A program made the position numbers and the translations under genes. Under the pieces are notes generated by a model, which was given only the letters and a program-made list of their open reading frames with translations, made no database searches and was not told the origin of the DNA. From positions 20,885 through 84,884 of the forward strand of contig JAAYTZ010000078.1 of assembly GCA_012517965.1 (NCBI GenBank): a stretch of 64,000 nt of DNA, read 5' to 3'. Shown here piece by piece: positions 16,596-26,118 of the stretch. The first letter of the stretch is position 1, and each line of letters begins with the position of its first letter. The stretch comes from Propionibacterium sp. (GTDB lineage Bacteria; Actinomycetota; Actinomycetes; Propionibacteriales; Propionibacteriaceae).

Positions 16596-17696
16596 GTGCT
16601 GATGACCGTCGTCGACCCCGCCCGGCTGTGGGCCGCGCTGCCGGCGGCGCTCGACGGGGGCGGCTGCCTCGCGCCGGCGTCCGACGCGGTCACCCTGGCG
16701 ATGCTGCGCCCGGAGCTTCCGGTCGAGGACGCCGACGCCGCCCTGATCGTGGCCACCTCCGGCTCGACGGGGCGACCCAAGGGGGTCCTGCTGTCCCGGC
16801 GGGCGCTGAGGGCCTCGGCCGCCGCCACCCACGAGCGGCTGGGCGGGCCCGGGCGCTGGCACTGCGCCCTGCCCACCTCGTACGTGGCCGGGGTCATGAC
16901 CCTCGTGCGGGCGCACGTGGCCGGCATCGCCCCGGTCTTCGTCGCCCCCGACCTCGCCGACCTCGCGCCCGGGCCCGGCCGCAACTACCTGTCCCTCGTG
17001 CCGACGCAGGTGCACCGGGCGCTGGAGCGCCCCGAGGTGGCGGCCCGGGTGGCCCGCTTCGACGCCGTCCTGGTCGGCGGGGCCGCGCTGCCGGGGGACC
17101 TGCGGGCGCGCGCGGCGGCGTCCGGGATCGCGGTGGTGACCACCTACGGCATGAGCGAGACCTGCGGCGGCTGCGTCTACGACGGCGTGCCGCTCGTCGG
17201 CGTCGACGTCGCCGTCGAGCCCGGCTCGGGGCGCGTGACGATCGGCGGCCCGGTGCTGTTCTCCGGCTACCGCCTCGATCCGGACGCCACGGCCGCGGCC
17301 CTGGTCGGGGGCCGGTTCGTGACCGCCGATCGCGGCCGCTGGGCCGACGGGCGGCTCCAGGTGCTGGGCCGGGTGGACGACGTGGTGATCAGCGGCGGCG
17401 TCAACGTCGACCTGGCCGAGGCGCAGCGGGTGGCCGACGAGGTTCTGGGCCCCCCGGAAGCGGGCGGGATCGTCCTGGTCGGCGTCCCCGACCCGGCCTG
17501 GGGCACCCGGATCGTCGCCGTGACCACCGGGGCCCTGACCGTCGACGAGGTGCGGGACCGGCTCGGGCAGCACCTCGGGCGGGCCGCCCTGCCCCGGACG
17601 GTGCGGCGGGTCGGGGTGTTGCCCCGGACGGCCAGTGGGAAGATCGACCGGCAGAGGCTGATCGCGAGGGAGGTGCCGGGTGGCCACGGCGGCTGA
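16596..17696 (+). CDS. menE: o-succinylbenzoate-CoA ligase
   Basis: AMP-binding motif TSGSTGRPKG, TYGMSET, GRVDDVVISGG and SGKIDR. First gene of the men operon. Confidence 0.88.
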   Translation: MLMTVVDPARLWAALPAALDGGGCLAPASDAVTLAMLRPELPVEDADAALIVATSGSTGRPKGVLLSRRALRASAAATHERLGGPGRWHCALPTSYVAGVMTLVRAHVAGIAPVFVAPDLADLAPGPGRNYLSLVPTQVHRALERPEVAARVARFDAVLVGGAALPGDLRARAAASGIAVVTTYGMSETCGGCVYDGVPLVGVDVAVEPGSGRVTIGGPVLFSGYRLDPDATAAALVGGRFVTADRGRWADGRLQVLGRVDDVVISGGVNVDLAEAQRVADEVLGPPEAGGIVLVGVPDPAWGTRIVAVTTGALTVDEVRDRLGQHLGRAALPRTVRRVGVLPRTASGKIDRQRLIAREVPGGHGG

Positions 17697-18561
17697 TTGG
17701 CTCGAGGGGGCCCGGCTGCGGACCCTGCCCGCGGCGGTCGCGCCGGTGATCGCAGGCTCGGCGGTGGCGCTGCACTACGGCGGCTTCCACCTCGTGCGGG
17801 CCCAGCTGGCGTTCGTCGTCGCGCTGGCCCTCCAGGTGGGCGTCAACTTCGCCAACGACTACTCCGACGGCATCCGGGGCACCGACTCGGCCACCCATCG
17901 CGTCGGCCCGCAGCGGCTGGTGGGCTCCGGGGCGGCGTCGCCCGAGCAGGTGCGGACCGCCGCCTTCGCGAGCTTCGGTGTCGCGGCGCTGGCCGGCCTG
18001 ACCCTGGTCGTGCTGACGGGCGCCTGGTTCCTGCTGCCGGTCGGCGCGGCCGCCGTGGCCGCGGCCTGGTTCTACACGGGAGGCCGCCGCCCCTACGGCT
18101 ACCTGGGCCTCGGCGAGGTGTTCGTGTTCGTCTTCTTCGGGCTGGTGGCCGCCGTCGGCACGACCTACGTCCAGTTACTGCGGGCGCCCGAGGCCGCCTG
18201 GTGGGCGGGGGTGGCCACGGGCGCCTTCGCCTGCGCGATCCTCGTCGCCAACAACCTGCGCGACGTCGCCGGCGACACCCGCGTCGGCAAGCGGACCCTC
18301 GCGGTGCGGCTCGGCGACCGCCGCACCCGGTGGCTCTACGTGGGGCTGGTGTTCCTCGGGCTGTTCGGGTTCTTCCAGGTGGCGGCGTCCACGACGTGGT
18401 GGGGACTGGTGGCGCTGCTGGCGGCCGTGGCGGTCGTCGGCCCGGTGCGGCTGGTGCTCGACGGGGCGCTCGGCGGCCAGTTGATCCGGGTGCTCAAGCT
18501 CACCGGGATCGCCGAGCTGGCGGGGGCCGTGCTGCTGTACGCCGGCCTGTGGCTGGGGTGA
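17680..18561 (+). CDS. menA: 1,4-dihydroxy-2-naphthoate polyprenyltransferase
   Basis: GARLRTLPA, NFANDYSDGIRGTD, ANNLRD and GKRTLAVRLG. Confidence 0.93.
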   Translation: MATAADWLEGARLRTLPAAVAPVIAGSAVALHYGGFHLVRAQLAFVVALALQVGVNFANDYSDGIRGTDSATHRVGPQRLVGSGAASPEQVRTAAFASFGVAALAGLTLVVLTGAWFLLPVGAAAVAAAWFYTGGRRPYGYLGLGEVFVFVFFGLVAAVGTTYVQLLRAPEAAWWAGVATGAFACAILVANNLRDVAGDTRVGKRTLAVRLGDRRTRWLYVGLVFLGLFGFFQVAASTTWWGLVALLAAVAVVGPVRLVLDGALGGQLIRVLKLTGIAELAGAVLLYAGLWLG

Positions 18562-19532
18562 CGCTCCCGGCCAGCGCCGTGCCGCCGTTGGTGCCGTTCG
18601 ACCTCCCGTTGACCGTCCGGTTCCGGGGCATCACCCGGCGGCGCGGCGTCCTGGTGCGGGGCCCGGCGGGCTGGGGCGAGTGGAGCCCCTTCGCCGAGTA
18701 CGTCGCCCCGGAGATCGACTCCTGGTGGCGGGCGACCCGCGAGGCGGCCGTCGAGGGCTTCCCGGCTCCCGTCCGGGACCGCGTCCCGGTCAACGTCACG
18801 ATCCCGGCCGTCGGGCCCGCGGACGCCCACGCGCGGGCCGCGGCGTCCGGCTGCGGGACCGCCAAGATCAAGGTCGCCGACCACCCCGGTTCCTTCGCCG
18901 AGGACCTGGCGCGCGTCGAGGCCGTCCGGGACGCCCTCGGTCCGGCCGGGCGGCTCCGGGTCGACGTCAACGGCCGCTGGACCGTCGACGAGGCCGTCCC
19001 CCGGCTGCGCGTGCTGGCCCGCTTCGGCCTGGAGTACGCCGAGCAGCCGTGCGCGACCGTGGAGGAGCTGGCCGACCTGCGCCGCAGGCTGGCCCGCGCC
19101 GGCGTCGACGTGCCCGTCGCGGCCGACGAGTCGATCCGGCGCTCCGGCGACCCGGAGCGGGTCGTCGCGCTGGAGGCCGCGGATGTCGCCGTGCTGAAGG
19201 TGCAGCCGCTGGGGGGCGTCCGGGCCTGCCTGTGGCTGGCCGAGCGACTCGGGCTGCCGGTCGTGGTGTCGTCCGCGCTGGAGACCTCGGTGGGTATCGC
19301 CGCAGGCGTGGCGCTGGCCGCCGCCCTGCCGGAACTGCCCTACGCCTGTGGCCTCAACACGGTGCCCCTGCTCGCCGAGGACGTCGCCGCCGACCCGCTG
19401 GTGGCCGTCGACGGGGCGATCGCCGTGCGGCCCGTGCGCCTGCGGCCCGTGGCAGAGTGGGACGCCGGCGACGCCGCCGCCGACGCCTGGCGGCGCCGGT
19501 GGCTGACGATGGAGGAGAAACCCACGTGGTGA
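18558..19532 (+). CDS. menC: o-succinylbenzoate synthase
   Basis: GWGEWSPF, KIKVA, LRVDVNG, EYAEQP, AADES and VVSSALET. Confidence 0.92.
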   Translation: MTLPASAVPPLVPFDLPLTVRFRGITRRRGVLVRGPAGWGEWSPFAEYVAPEIDSWWRATREAAVEGFPAPVRDRVPVNVTIPAVGPADAHARAAASGCGTAKIKVADHPGSFAEDLARVEAVRDALGPAGRLRVDVNGRWTVDEAVPRLRVLARFGLEYAEQPCATVEELADLRRRLARAGVDVPVAADESIRRSGDPERVVALEAADVAVLKVQPLGGVRACLWLAERLGLPVVVSSALETSVGIAAGVALAAALPELPYACGLNTVPLLAEDVAADPLVAVDGAIAVRPVRLRPVAEWDAGDAAADAWRRRWLTMEEKPTW

Positions 19533-21175
19533 GCACGAGCCCAGCCTGCGCCCGGGTGCTGGTCGCCCAGCTCGTCGCCCAGGGGGTGCGCGAGGCGGTC
19601 CTGTGTCCCGGCTCCCGGTCGGCGCCGCTGGCGCTCGCCCTGTTCGAGGCGGACGCCGTCGGTGCGCTCCGGCTGCACGTGCGCACCGACGAGCGTTCGG
19701 CGGGGTTCCTGGCGCTGGGGCTGGCGAAGGCGTCGCGGACGCCGGCGGTGGTCGTGACGACGTCGGGCACCGCCGTCGGCAACCTGCTGCCCGCCGTCAT
19801 GGAGGCCGCCCACGCGGGGGTGGGGCTGGTCGTGGTGTCGGCCGACCGTCCGGCGGCGCTGGTGGGCTTCGGCGCCAACCAGACCACCGACCAGGTCGGC
19901 CTGTTCGACGGGTTCGTGCGGTACACGGCACGGGTCACCTCGGCCGCGCACCCCGACACCTGGGCCGCCCAGGCGGCGAAGGCGGCCGTGCTGGCGGCGT
20001 CCGGGCCGGTGCACCTGAACGTCGAGCTCGACGTCCCGCTCGTGCCGGGGGCCGACGAGGACGCGCCGGCGCTCGCCGACCTGATCGCCGCGGCCCGCCC
20101 GCTGCGCCGGCACCGGCCGGTGTGCGGCGAGTGTCCCGCGGTCGAGCTGCCCGCCGGGCCCCGGACCGTGGTCGTCGCGGGCGACGCCCCCGCCGAGGTG
20201 GGGGCCGCGGCGCTGGCCCTGGCCACGGCGGCCGGCGTGCCGCTGATCGCCGAGCCCTCGTCGAACGCCCGCGCCGGGGGCGCCCTGCGGTGCGGGCGGC
20301 TCGTGCTGGCCGGGCCGCTGGGCGACGAGGTCGAGCGCGTGATCGTGTTCGGGCACCCGACCTTGTCGCGCCCGGTCACGAAGCTGCTGTCCCGCGAAGA
20401 TGTCGACCTGATCGTGGTCGCCGACGACGACGCCGACTGGCCCGACCCCGGCCACCGGGCGCGCCTGGTCGCCCCCCGGGTCGCGCTGCCCGCCGGAGCT
20501 CCCGCCTGGCTGGGCCGGTGGCGTGCGGCGGACGCCGAGGCGTCGGCACGCGTGGACGCCGTCGTCGCGGACGCCGGCCTCACGGGCTGGTCGGTGGCCG
20601 CGGCCGTGTGGGCGGCCGCGGCGGACCAGTCGCTGGTGCTGGGGGCGTCCCAGCTGATCCGGGACGCCGACCTCGCCCCCGTCTCCGGCCGGCCTCCCGG
20701 GGTCTACGCCAACCGCGGGCTCGCCGGCATCGACGGGACGGTGTCGACCGCCCTGGGCGTCGCGCTGGCCGTCCCCGGGCGCCCGACGACGCTGCTGTGC
20801 GGCGACCTGACGTTCCTGCACGACAGCAACGGGCTGGCCCTCGGCCCGGGCGAGCCTCGCCCCGACCTGCGGATCGTCGTCGCCGACGACGCGGGCGGCG
20901 CCATCTTCGCCACCCTCGAGTACGGGCAGGACCGGTTCGCCCCGACCTTCGAGCGGGTGTTCGCCACCGACCCCGCCGTCGACCTGGCCGCGCTGGCGGC
21001 GTCCTACGGGGTCGACGTCGACGTCGTCGAGACGGACGCCGCCCTGGCCGCCGCGCTCGCGCGTCCGCCGGTCGGGATGGAGGTGGTGATCGCGCGGCTC
21101 GACCGCAGCCGCCGGCGTGCGCTCAGCGAGGCCGTCACCGGCGGGCCCCCGGCCTCCGGGGGCCCGCGGGGCTAG
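19529..21175 (+). CDS. menD: SEPHCHC synthase (TPP-dependent)
   Basis: CPGSRSAPL, DERSAGFLALG, TTSGTAVGN, NRGLAGIDG and GDLTFLHD. Confidence 0.94.
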   Translation: MSTSPACARVLVAQLVAQGVREAVLCPGSRSAPLALALFEADAVGALRLHVRTDERSAGFLALGLAKASRTPAVVVTTSGTAVGNLLPAVMEAAHAGVGLVVVSADRPAALVGFGANQTTDQVGLFDGFVRYTARVTSAAHPDTWAAQAAKAAVLAASGPVHLNVELDVPLVPGADEDAPALADLIAAARPLRRHRPVCGECPAVELPAGPRTVVVAGDAPAEVGAAALALATAAGVPLIAEPSSNARAGGALRCGRLVLAGPLGDEVERVIVFGHPTLSRPVTKLLSREDVDLIVVADDDADWPDPGHRARLVAPRVALPAGAPAWLGRWRAADAEASARVDAVVADAGLTGWSVAAAVWAAAADQSLVLGASQLIRDADLAPVSGRPPGVYANRGLAGIDGTVSTALGVALAVPGRPTTLLCGDLTFLHDSNGLALGPGEPRPDLRIVVADDAGGAIFATLEYGQDRFAPTFERVFATDPAVDLAALAASYGVDVDVVETDAALAAALARPPVGMEVVIARLDRSRRRALSEAVTGGPPASGGPRG

Positions 21176-22869
21176 GACTGCGACCGCAGCCAGGCGCGCA
21201 GGTGCCAGGTGGCGCGCACGTCGTCCTCGTTGTACTCCAACACCCGCACCCGGGCCGCGGCGCGTTCGTCGGGGGTCGCCGCGCCGACGGCGTCCGAGAA
21301 CCACGTCTGGGAGGCCAGTCCGCCGGGCTCCTCGTCGCGCCACCGGAAGCCGCTCACCGCGGTGGCCACCACCTTCAGCCCCAGGCCGTCGGCACCGAAG
21401 AAGTGGCTCCGGACCACGGAGAACAGGTCGACGAAAACCTCGGCCGTCGCGGCGGCCGCCCAGTCGGCCAGGTCGGTGTCCCCGTGCTCGGCCAGGCGCG
21501 CGGCGAGCCGGTGCACCCGGATCGTTTCGTAGCTGCTGTAGTGGTAGACGGCGGCGTCGCGCCCCTGGGTGACGGCCCGCAGCCACTCGAAGGCCTCGGC
21601 GGCGAGGGTGCGTTCGGCGTCGGCGTCCATCGGCTCGAAGCGGGCGAACGAGCGGTAGTAGCGCCGGCCGGAGGCCCGGTCGTCCACGTGGAAGCCCCAC
21701 AGGTAGGCGTGGTCGCCGGCGGAGGTCTCGATGTCGAGGTCGATCTCCAGTTCGTGCTCGGGCAGCGGGATCGGCCCGGTCGTGGTGCGCTCGAGCGCGA
21801 CCCCGGTGGCGATCAGCCGGGCCCGCCGGTGGGCGCGGCGCAGCCGCTCCTCGCCGCCCTCCCGGTGCGCCACGCGCGGCAGGTACTCCGGGAGCAGGGC
21901 CGCCAGGTCGACGGCGGCCAGGTCGGCGACCGTGGTCACGCCCAACGACCGCAGGGTGCGGACCTCGTGCGGGTCGAACTGCGCCTTGGCGAGCCGCTTG
22001 CTGAGGTCGTCGTCGTCGAGCTGCCCGGCGCAGTGCTCGAACCAGCTGCAGTAGGCGCACTCGCGGTGGATCACCGGCGCCGGGGCCGGCTCCGCGCCCG
22101 CGCCGAGGGCCCGCAGGGCCAGCACCACCCGCACCCGGTGTTCGTGGTCGTAGCGGGAGAGGGTCGACACCCGGGTCGGCTCGCCCGGCTGGGCCGCCGC
22201 GGGGTCGGGGGCGGCGAGCGGCGCGGCCAGGTCGAGCCACGTGATGACGGCGTGCTGGCGTCGTGACCCGGGGAGTTCGGTGCGCTCCAGGCCCACCACC
22301 CCCGCCCAGGGCCGGGACGCCGCGTGCCCGGTGGCCTCGAGCAACCTCCAGTGGTGCGCCACCTGGAGCGCGGCGTTGAGCCGCCCGCCCCAGCGGAACC
22401 GCTTCCCGGGCAGGGGGTAGCGCGACGACGGGTCGGCCAGCGGCGAGATCTCCACGGGGTCGTCGTCCGGCCCGGCCATCTCCCACACCCGGTGGTACTT
22501 CACCTGGACGGGCACGTAGCCATCCCCGCTCCACAACAGGGCGGACGGCCGCCCGCTGCGGTGGCCCGCCCAGTCGCGGGGAAGCAACGGCCCGACGATC
22601 AGTCGGTACCGCTCCCGCAGGGACCGCAGCGCGGCCTCCTCCTGCTCGGCCGACGGCGCGCCGCGCAGCGCCCGCAGGTCGATGAAGGAGTCGACGCCGT
22701 CGCGCAGCGTGCCGAACACCTCGGCCTCGATGGCGTCGGCGTCGTGGAAGAACGGCGGCGGCGGCACCTCGCGGGTCGGGGCCCGCAGGCCGGGGGTGAA
22801 CGCGTGGAACGTCTTCAGCGGGCAGGAGCGGGCGGCGTAGGCGTCCAGGACGAACGGTGGCTCGGTCAT
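21172..22869 (-). CDS. TM0106 family RecB-like putative nuclease with C-terminal RNase H-like/DEDD domain
   Basis: N-terminal RSC, PD-(D/E)xK-like region, CxxCx5C, HhH-like segment, then DLDIET, YHYSSYE, GLGLKVVA and YNEDDVRAT. ATGA overlap with menG. Confidence 0.8.
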   Translation of the reverse strand: MTEPPFVLDAYAARSCPLKTFHAFTPGLRAPTREVPPPPFFHDADAIEAEVFGTLRDGVDSFIDLRALRGAPSAEQEEAALRSLRERYRLIVGPLLPRDWAGHRSGRPSALLWSGDGYVPVQVKYHRVWEMAGPDDDPVEISPLADPSSRYPLPGKRFRWGGRLNAALQVAHHWRLLEATGHAASRPWAGVVGLERTELPGSRRQHAVITWLDLAAPLAAPDPAAAQPGEPTRVSTLSRYDHEHRVRVVLALRALGAGAEPAPAPVIHRECAYCSWFEHCAGQLDDDDLSKRLAKAQFDPHEVRTLRSLGVTTVADLAAVDLAALLPEYLPRVAHREGGEERLRRAHRRARLIATGVALERTTTGPIPLPEHELEIDLDIETSAGDHAYLWGFHVDDRASGRRYYRSFARFEPMDADAERTLAAEAFEWLRAVTQGRDAAVYHYSSYETIRVHRLAARLAEHGDTDLADWAAAATAEVFVDLFSVVRSHFFGADGLGLKVVATAVSGFRWRDEEPGGLASQTWFSDAVGAATPDERAAARVRVLEYNEDDVRATWHLRAWLRSQS

Positions 22870-23573
22870 GCGCGCGCGCGGTGGAGCGCAACCGCCCCGC
22901 CGGACAGGTTCTTCCACTCGACGTCGCGCCAGCCGGCGTCGACCATGAGCTGGGCGAACGCGCGCTGGTCGGGCCAGGTGCGGATCGACTCGGCCAGGTA
23001 GTCGTAGGCCGCCGGGTTCGACGAGAAGGCGTGGGCGGCCGCCGGGATCACCCGGGCGAGCACGACCCGCTGGTACAGCGCCCGGAAGGGCGCCCAGGTC
23101 GGGGTCGAGAATTCGTTGATCACCGCGATCCCGCCCGGCCGGGTCACCCGGCGCAGCTCGCGCAGCGCGGCCAGGGTGTTCTCGACGTTGCGGATGCCGT
23201 AGCTGACCGTGACCGCGTCGAAGGTGGCGTCGGTGAACGGCAGGTCGAGGGCGTCCGCGTGGACGAACGGCAGGTCGGGCCAGCGCTTCTTGCCCTCGGC
23301 GAGCATCCCGAACGACAGGTCGACCGGCACGACGAGGGCGCCGGCGTCCGCCAGCGGGCGCGACGAGGTGCCGGTGCCCGCCGCGACGTCGAGGATCCGC
23401 ATCCCGGGCCGGGGGGCGAGGGCCCGCACGACCTGCCGGCGCCAGTAGAGGTGCTGGCCGCCGGTCATGATGCCGTTCATCAGGTCGTACCGCGACGCCA
23501 CCTTGTCGAACATGGACGCGACGTCCGCCCGCCGCTTCGCCAGCGTCGCCCTGGTCTCCGACTTCCCCGCCAC
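22866..23573 (-). CDS. menG: Demethylmenaquinone methyltransferase
   Basis: VASMFDKVASRYDLMN, ILDVAAGTGTSS, YGIRNV and YLAESIRTWPDQ. Confidence 0.94.
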   Translation of the reverse strand: MAGKSETRATLAKRRADVASMFDKVASRYDLMNGIMTGGQHLYWRRQVVRALAPRPGMRILDVAAGTGTSSRPLADAGALVVPVDLSFGMLAEGKKRWPDLPFVHADALDLPFTDATFDAVTVSYGIRNVENTLAALRELRRVTRPGGIAVINEFSTPTWAPFRALYQRVVLARVIPAAAHAFSSNPAAYDYLAESIRTWPDQRAFAQLMVDAGWRDVEWKNLSGGAVALHRARA

Positions 23574-23667
23574 GGGAGCCCATCTTTCCACGTCCGCGCG
23601 ACGGTCCCGGTCGCCACCATGTGCCCCACGTCCGGCGTGGTTGCCGCGGTGCGTCAGAATCGACCGC

Positions 23668-24378
23668 ATGGCCAAGCGAACCCCGGTCCTCACCGCGTCC
23701 GGCATCTCCAAGTCCTTCGGTCCCGTGACGATCGTCGAGGACTTCTCCCTCGAGGTGTTCCCCGGCGAGGCGGTGGCGCTGACCGGCCGCAACGGCGCCG
23801 GCAAGTCCACGATCCTGCGGATGCTGATCGGAGCCACCCGGCCCGACGCGGGCCGCATCGAGTTCGAGGGAGTCCGGATGTCCGAGACCGACCCGGCGAT
23901 CCGCCGCGGCGTGGCCACGGTCATCGACGACCTCGACTTCTTCCCCGACCTCTCGGTCGTCGAGCACCTCGACCTGCTGGCTCGCGCCCACGGCGTCCCG
24001 GACCCCGAGGCGATCGTCGACGACGTGCTGGCCGAGGTGCAGCTCGTGCCCCAGTCGGGCCAGCTGCCGGGCACGCTCTCGTCGGGTCAGCGCCGACGGC
24101 TGGCCCTGGCCACCGCCTTCGTGCGGCCCCGCAGGCTGCTCGTCCTCGACGAGCCCGAACAGCGCCTCGACGTCGAGGGCGTCGCCTGGCTCGCCGCGCG
24201 CCTGCGGGCCGAGCGCGAACGCGGCCTGGCGATCGTCATGGCCAGCCACGAGCCGCACCTGGTCGAGTCGGTCGCCACCCGGAAGGTGCGCCTCGTCGGC
24301 CCGAGCCGCGCCGACATTCCGGACGCCCCGGGCGCCGGGACCGCGGAGGATGCCGAGGACGCCGGGGCCGGCGCATGA
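23668..24378 (+). CDS. ABC transporter ATP-binding protein
   Basis: Walker A GRNGAGKST, signature LSSGQ and Walker B LVLDEP. Confidence 0.9.
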   Translation: MAKRTPVLTASGISKSFGPVTIVEDFSLEVFPGEAVALTGRNGAGKSTILRMLIGATRPDAGRIEFEGVRMSETDPAIRRGVATVIDDLDFFPDLSVVEHLDLLARAHGVPDPEAIVDDVLAEVQLVPQSGQLPGTLSSGQRRRLALATAFVRPRRLLVLDEPEQRLDVEGVAWLAARLRAERERGLAIVMASHEPHLVESVATRKVRLVGPSRADIPDAPGAGTAEDAEDAGAGA

Positions 24379-26117
24379 GCAAGAAGTCCAAGAAGCTGAT
24401 CCGGCAGCTGGCGGCCCAGCCGGACGCCCCCGCCGCCGCTCCGGGCGGGCCCGACGACGTCGACGCCGCCGCCGATCCCTACGCCGCCTTCGCCGGCCGG
24501 GACTGGGGCTTCCGGTTCCTGCCGGACGCCCCCGCCGAGCCCGTCGACGAGAAGGCCCTGCACCTGCTGATGAAGGAGTGGCGCCACGGCCGGGCCTCCC
24601 GGACGATCGGGCAGGTCCTCGGCGACGCCTACTTCATGATCTTCAGCCTCGTCGTGCTCGGGGCCATGGTCGTCAACCTGCTGCTGAACTCCAACCAGCA
24701 CGCCGCCGGCTGCACGACGGACGCCTGCCTGGCCGGCCGCACCCTGCTGCCGTGGGCGGTGCTGTTCGCCGTCGCCACCCTCACGCTCGCCGTCGCCCGC
24801 ATCTTCGGTCCGGTGCTGGCGTCCGCCGCCGAGGGGTTCTGGCTCATGGACGCCCCCATCTCCCGCACCCGGCTGCTGGGCGGCCGGCTGCGCGGCGTCG
24901 TGCTCGGGGCGTTCCTGGTCGCCGGTGCCAGCGCGGCGCTGTTGGCGCTGCTCGCCGGGGCCGCGCCGCTCGGCGTCACCGGCTGGGCGCTGGGGACGGG
25001 CGCCGCGGCGTCCGGCCTGATGGCGCTGGCCGCCTTCGAACAGTCGCGGGAGCGCCGGGTCGTCGTCCGGGGCCTGCAGATCGTCTTCGGCACGGCCGCC
25101 GCCGCTGCGGTGGTCTGGATGGTGCTCGTCGCCGCGGGCCGCGCCCCCCTCCTGGACGCGTTGCCGACGGCCGCCCCGTGGCTCGTGGCCGGCGCCGGCG
25201 GCGTCCTCGCGGCGGTGTTCGGGGTGGCCGCCTTCCGGCGGCTGAACCAGATCCGGCGGGCCCGGCTACTGTCGGGCGGCTCGCTGGTCTCGGGGATGCA
25301 GGGCGCCATGTTCGCCCTCGACCTGGGCCTCGCCCGGGACATCCTCGTCGAGCGCGAGGCCGTCGAGCGCGGCCACGTCCGCCCCACAAAGGGGCGCGGC
25401 CTCGGCCTGCGCGCCCTGATCTGGCGGGACGCCCAGCGGGTCGTCCGCTTCCCCAAGCCGCTGCTGGGCCTGGTCGCCGCGGCCCTGGTGCCCTACGCCC
25501 TGGACGCCCTCGGCATCGCCCTCCTGCTGCCGCTGGTCGCCTCGCTGGGCCTGGCGGCGGCGCTCGTGCCCTTCCTCGGCAGCCTGCGTGTGCTGACCCG
25601 GACCGGTGGGCTCGCCCGGTCGTTCCCCTTCCCCACCCGCGACCTCCGCAACGCGCTCATGGTCGTGCCCACCCTGTTGGCGGCGGCCTGGATGGGGGTG
25701 GCGTTCCCCGCCGTCGCCGGCGTGGCGGGCGGCGTCCAGCGCGCCGCTCCGGACGCCCTCGCCGTCACCTTCGCCATCGGCGTGGCCGGGCTGCTCGGGG
25801 CGGTCCGCTGGCAGACGGCGAAGCAGGTCGACTTCAACACCCCGATGGTGGCCACCAACGCCGGGGCCCTGCCGCCGGCCCTGATCTTCAACCTGTTCCG
25901 TGGCCTCGACGTGTGCCTGCTGGTCACCGCGCCGCTCATGTTCGGGGCGCCGGTCTACGTGTCCATCGGGCTGGCGCTCGTCGTGTACTTCTTCCTGGGC
26001 GTCGACATGGGCGAACTGCAGGAGGAGGCCAAGGAGCAGCAGCGCATCGCCGCCGCCGAGAAGGCGGCCGCGAAGGGCACCGCGGAGAAGATCCGGATCA
26101 GCAGGCCGAAGCGCTGA
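24375..26117 (+). CDS. Multi-pass membrane protein, DUF6297-like, partner of the ABC ATPase
   Basis: ATGA overlap with the ATPase. Many TM helices, GPVLASAAEGFWL, MQGAMFALDLGL and PVD-like VDFNTPMVATNAGALPP. Confidence 0.6.
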   Translation: MSKKSKKLIRQLAAQPDAPAAAPGGPDDVDAAADPYAAFAGRDWGFRFLPDAPAEPVDEKALHLLMKEWRHGRASRTIGQVLGDAYFMIFSLVVLGAMVVNLLLNSNQHAAGCTTDACLAGRTLLPWAVLFAVATLTLAVARIFGPVLASAAEGFWLMDAPISRTRLLGGRLRGVVLGAFLVAGASAALLALLAGAAPLGVTGWALGTGAAASGLMALAAFEQSRERRVVVRGLQIVFGTAAAAAVVWMVLVAAGRAPLLDALPTAAPWLVAGAGGVLAAVFGVAAFRRLNQIRRARLLSGGSLVSGMQGAMFALDLGLARDILVEREAVERGHVRPTKGRGLGLRALIWRDAQRVVRFPKPLLGLVAAALVPYALDALGIALLLPLVASLGLAAALVPFLGSLRVLTRTGGLARSFPFPTRDLRNALMVVPTLLAAAWMGVAFPAVAGVAGGVQRAAPDALAVTFAIGVAGLLGAVRWQTAKQVDFNTPMVATNAGALPPALIFNLFRGLDVCLLVTAPLMFGAPVYVSIGLALVVYFFLGVDMGELQEEAKEQQRIAAAEKAAAKGTAEKIRISRPKR

Positions 26118-26118
26118 C

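Noticed and set aside
21172-22869. Cas4-like cysteine pattern as evidence of a CRISPR-Cas locus
   Set aside because: The pattern is shared by many RecB-family proteins. There is no cas1/cas2 or array, and the gene is in a housekeeping context.
296-26117. Very long alternative ORFs (e.g. 296-2710, 13152-16511, 19340-22891, 22857-26117; also 32861-36379)
   Set aside because: Arg/Gly/Pro-rich shadow frames typical of very high-GC DNA. They overlap well-supported genes. Where they end in a real gene, only the 3' part was kept.
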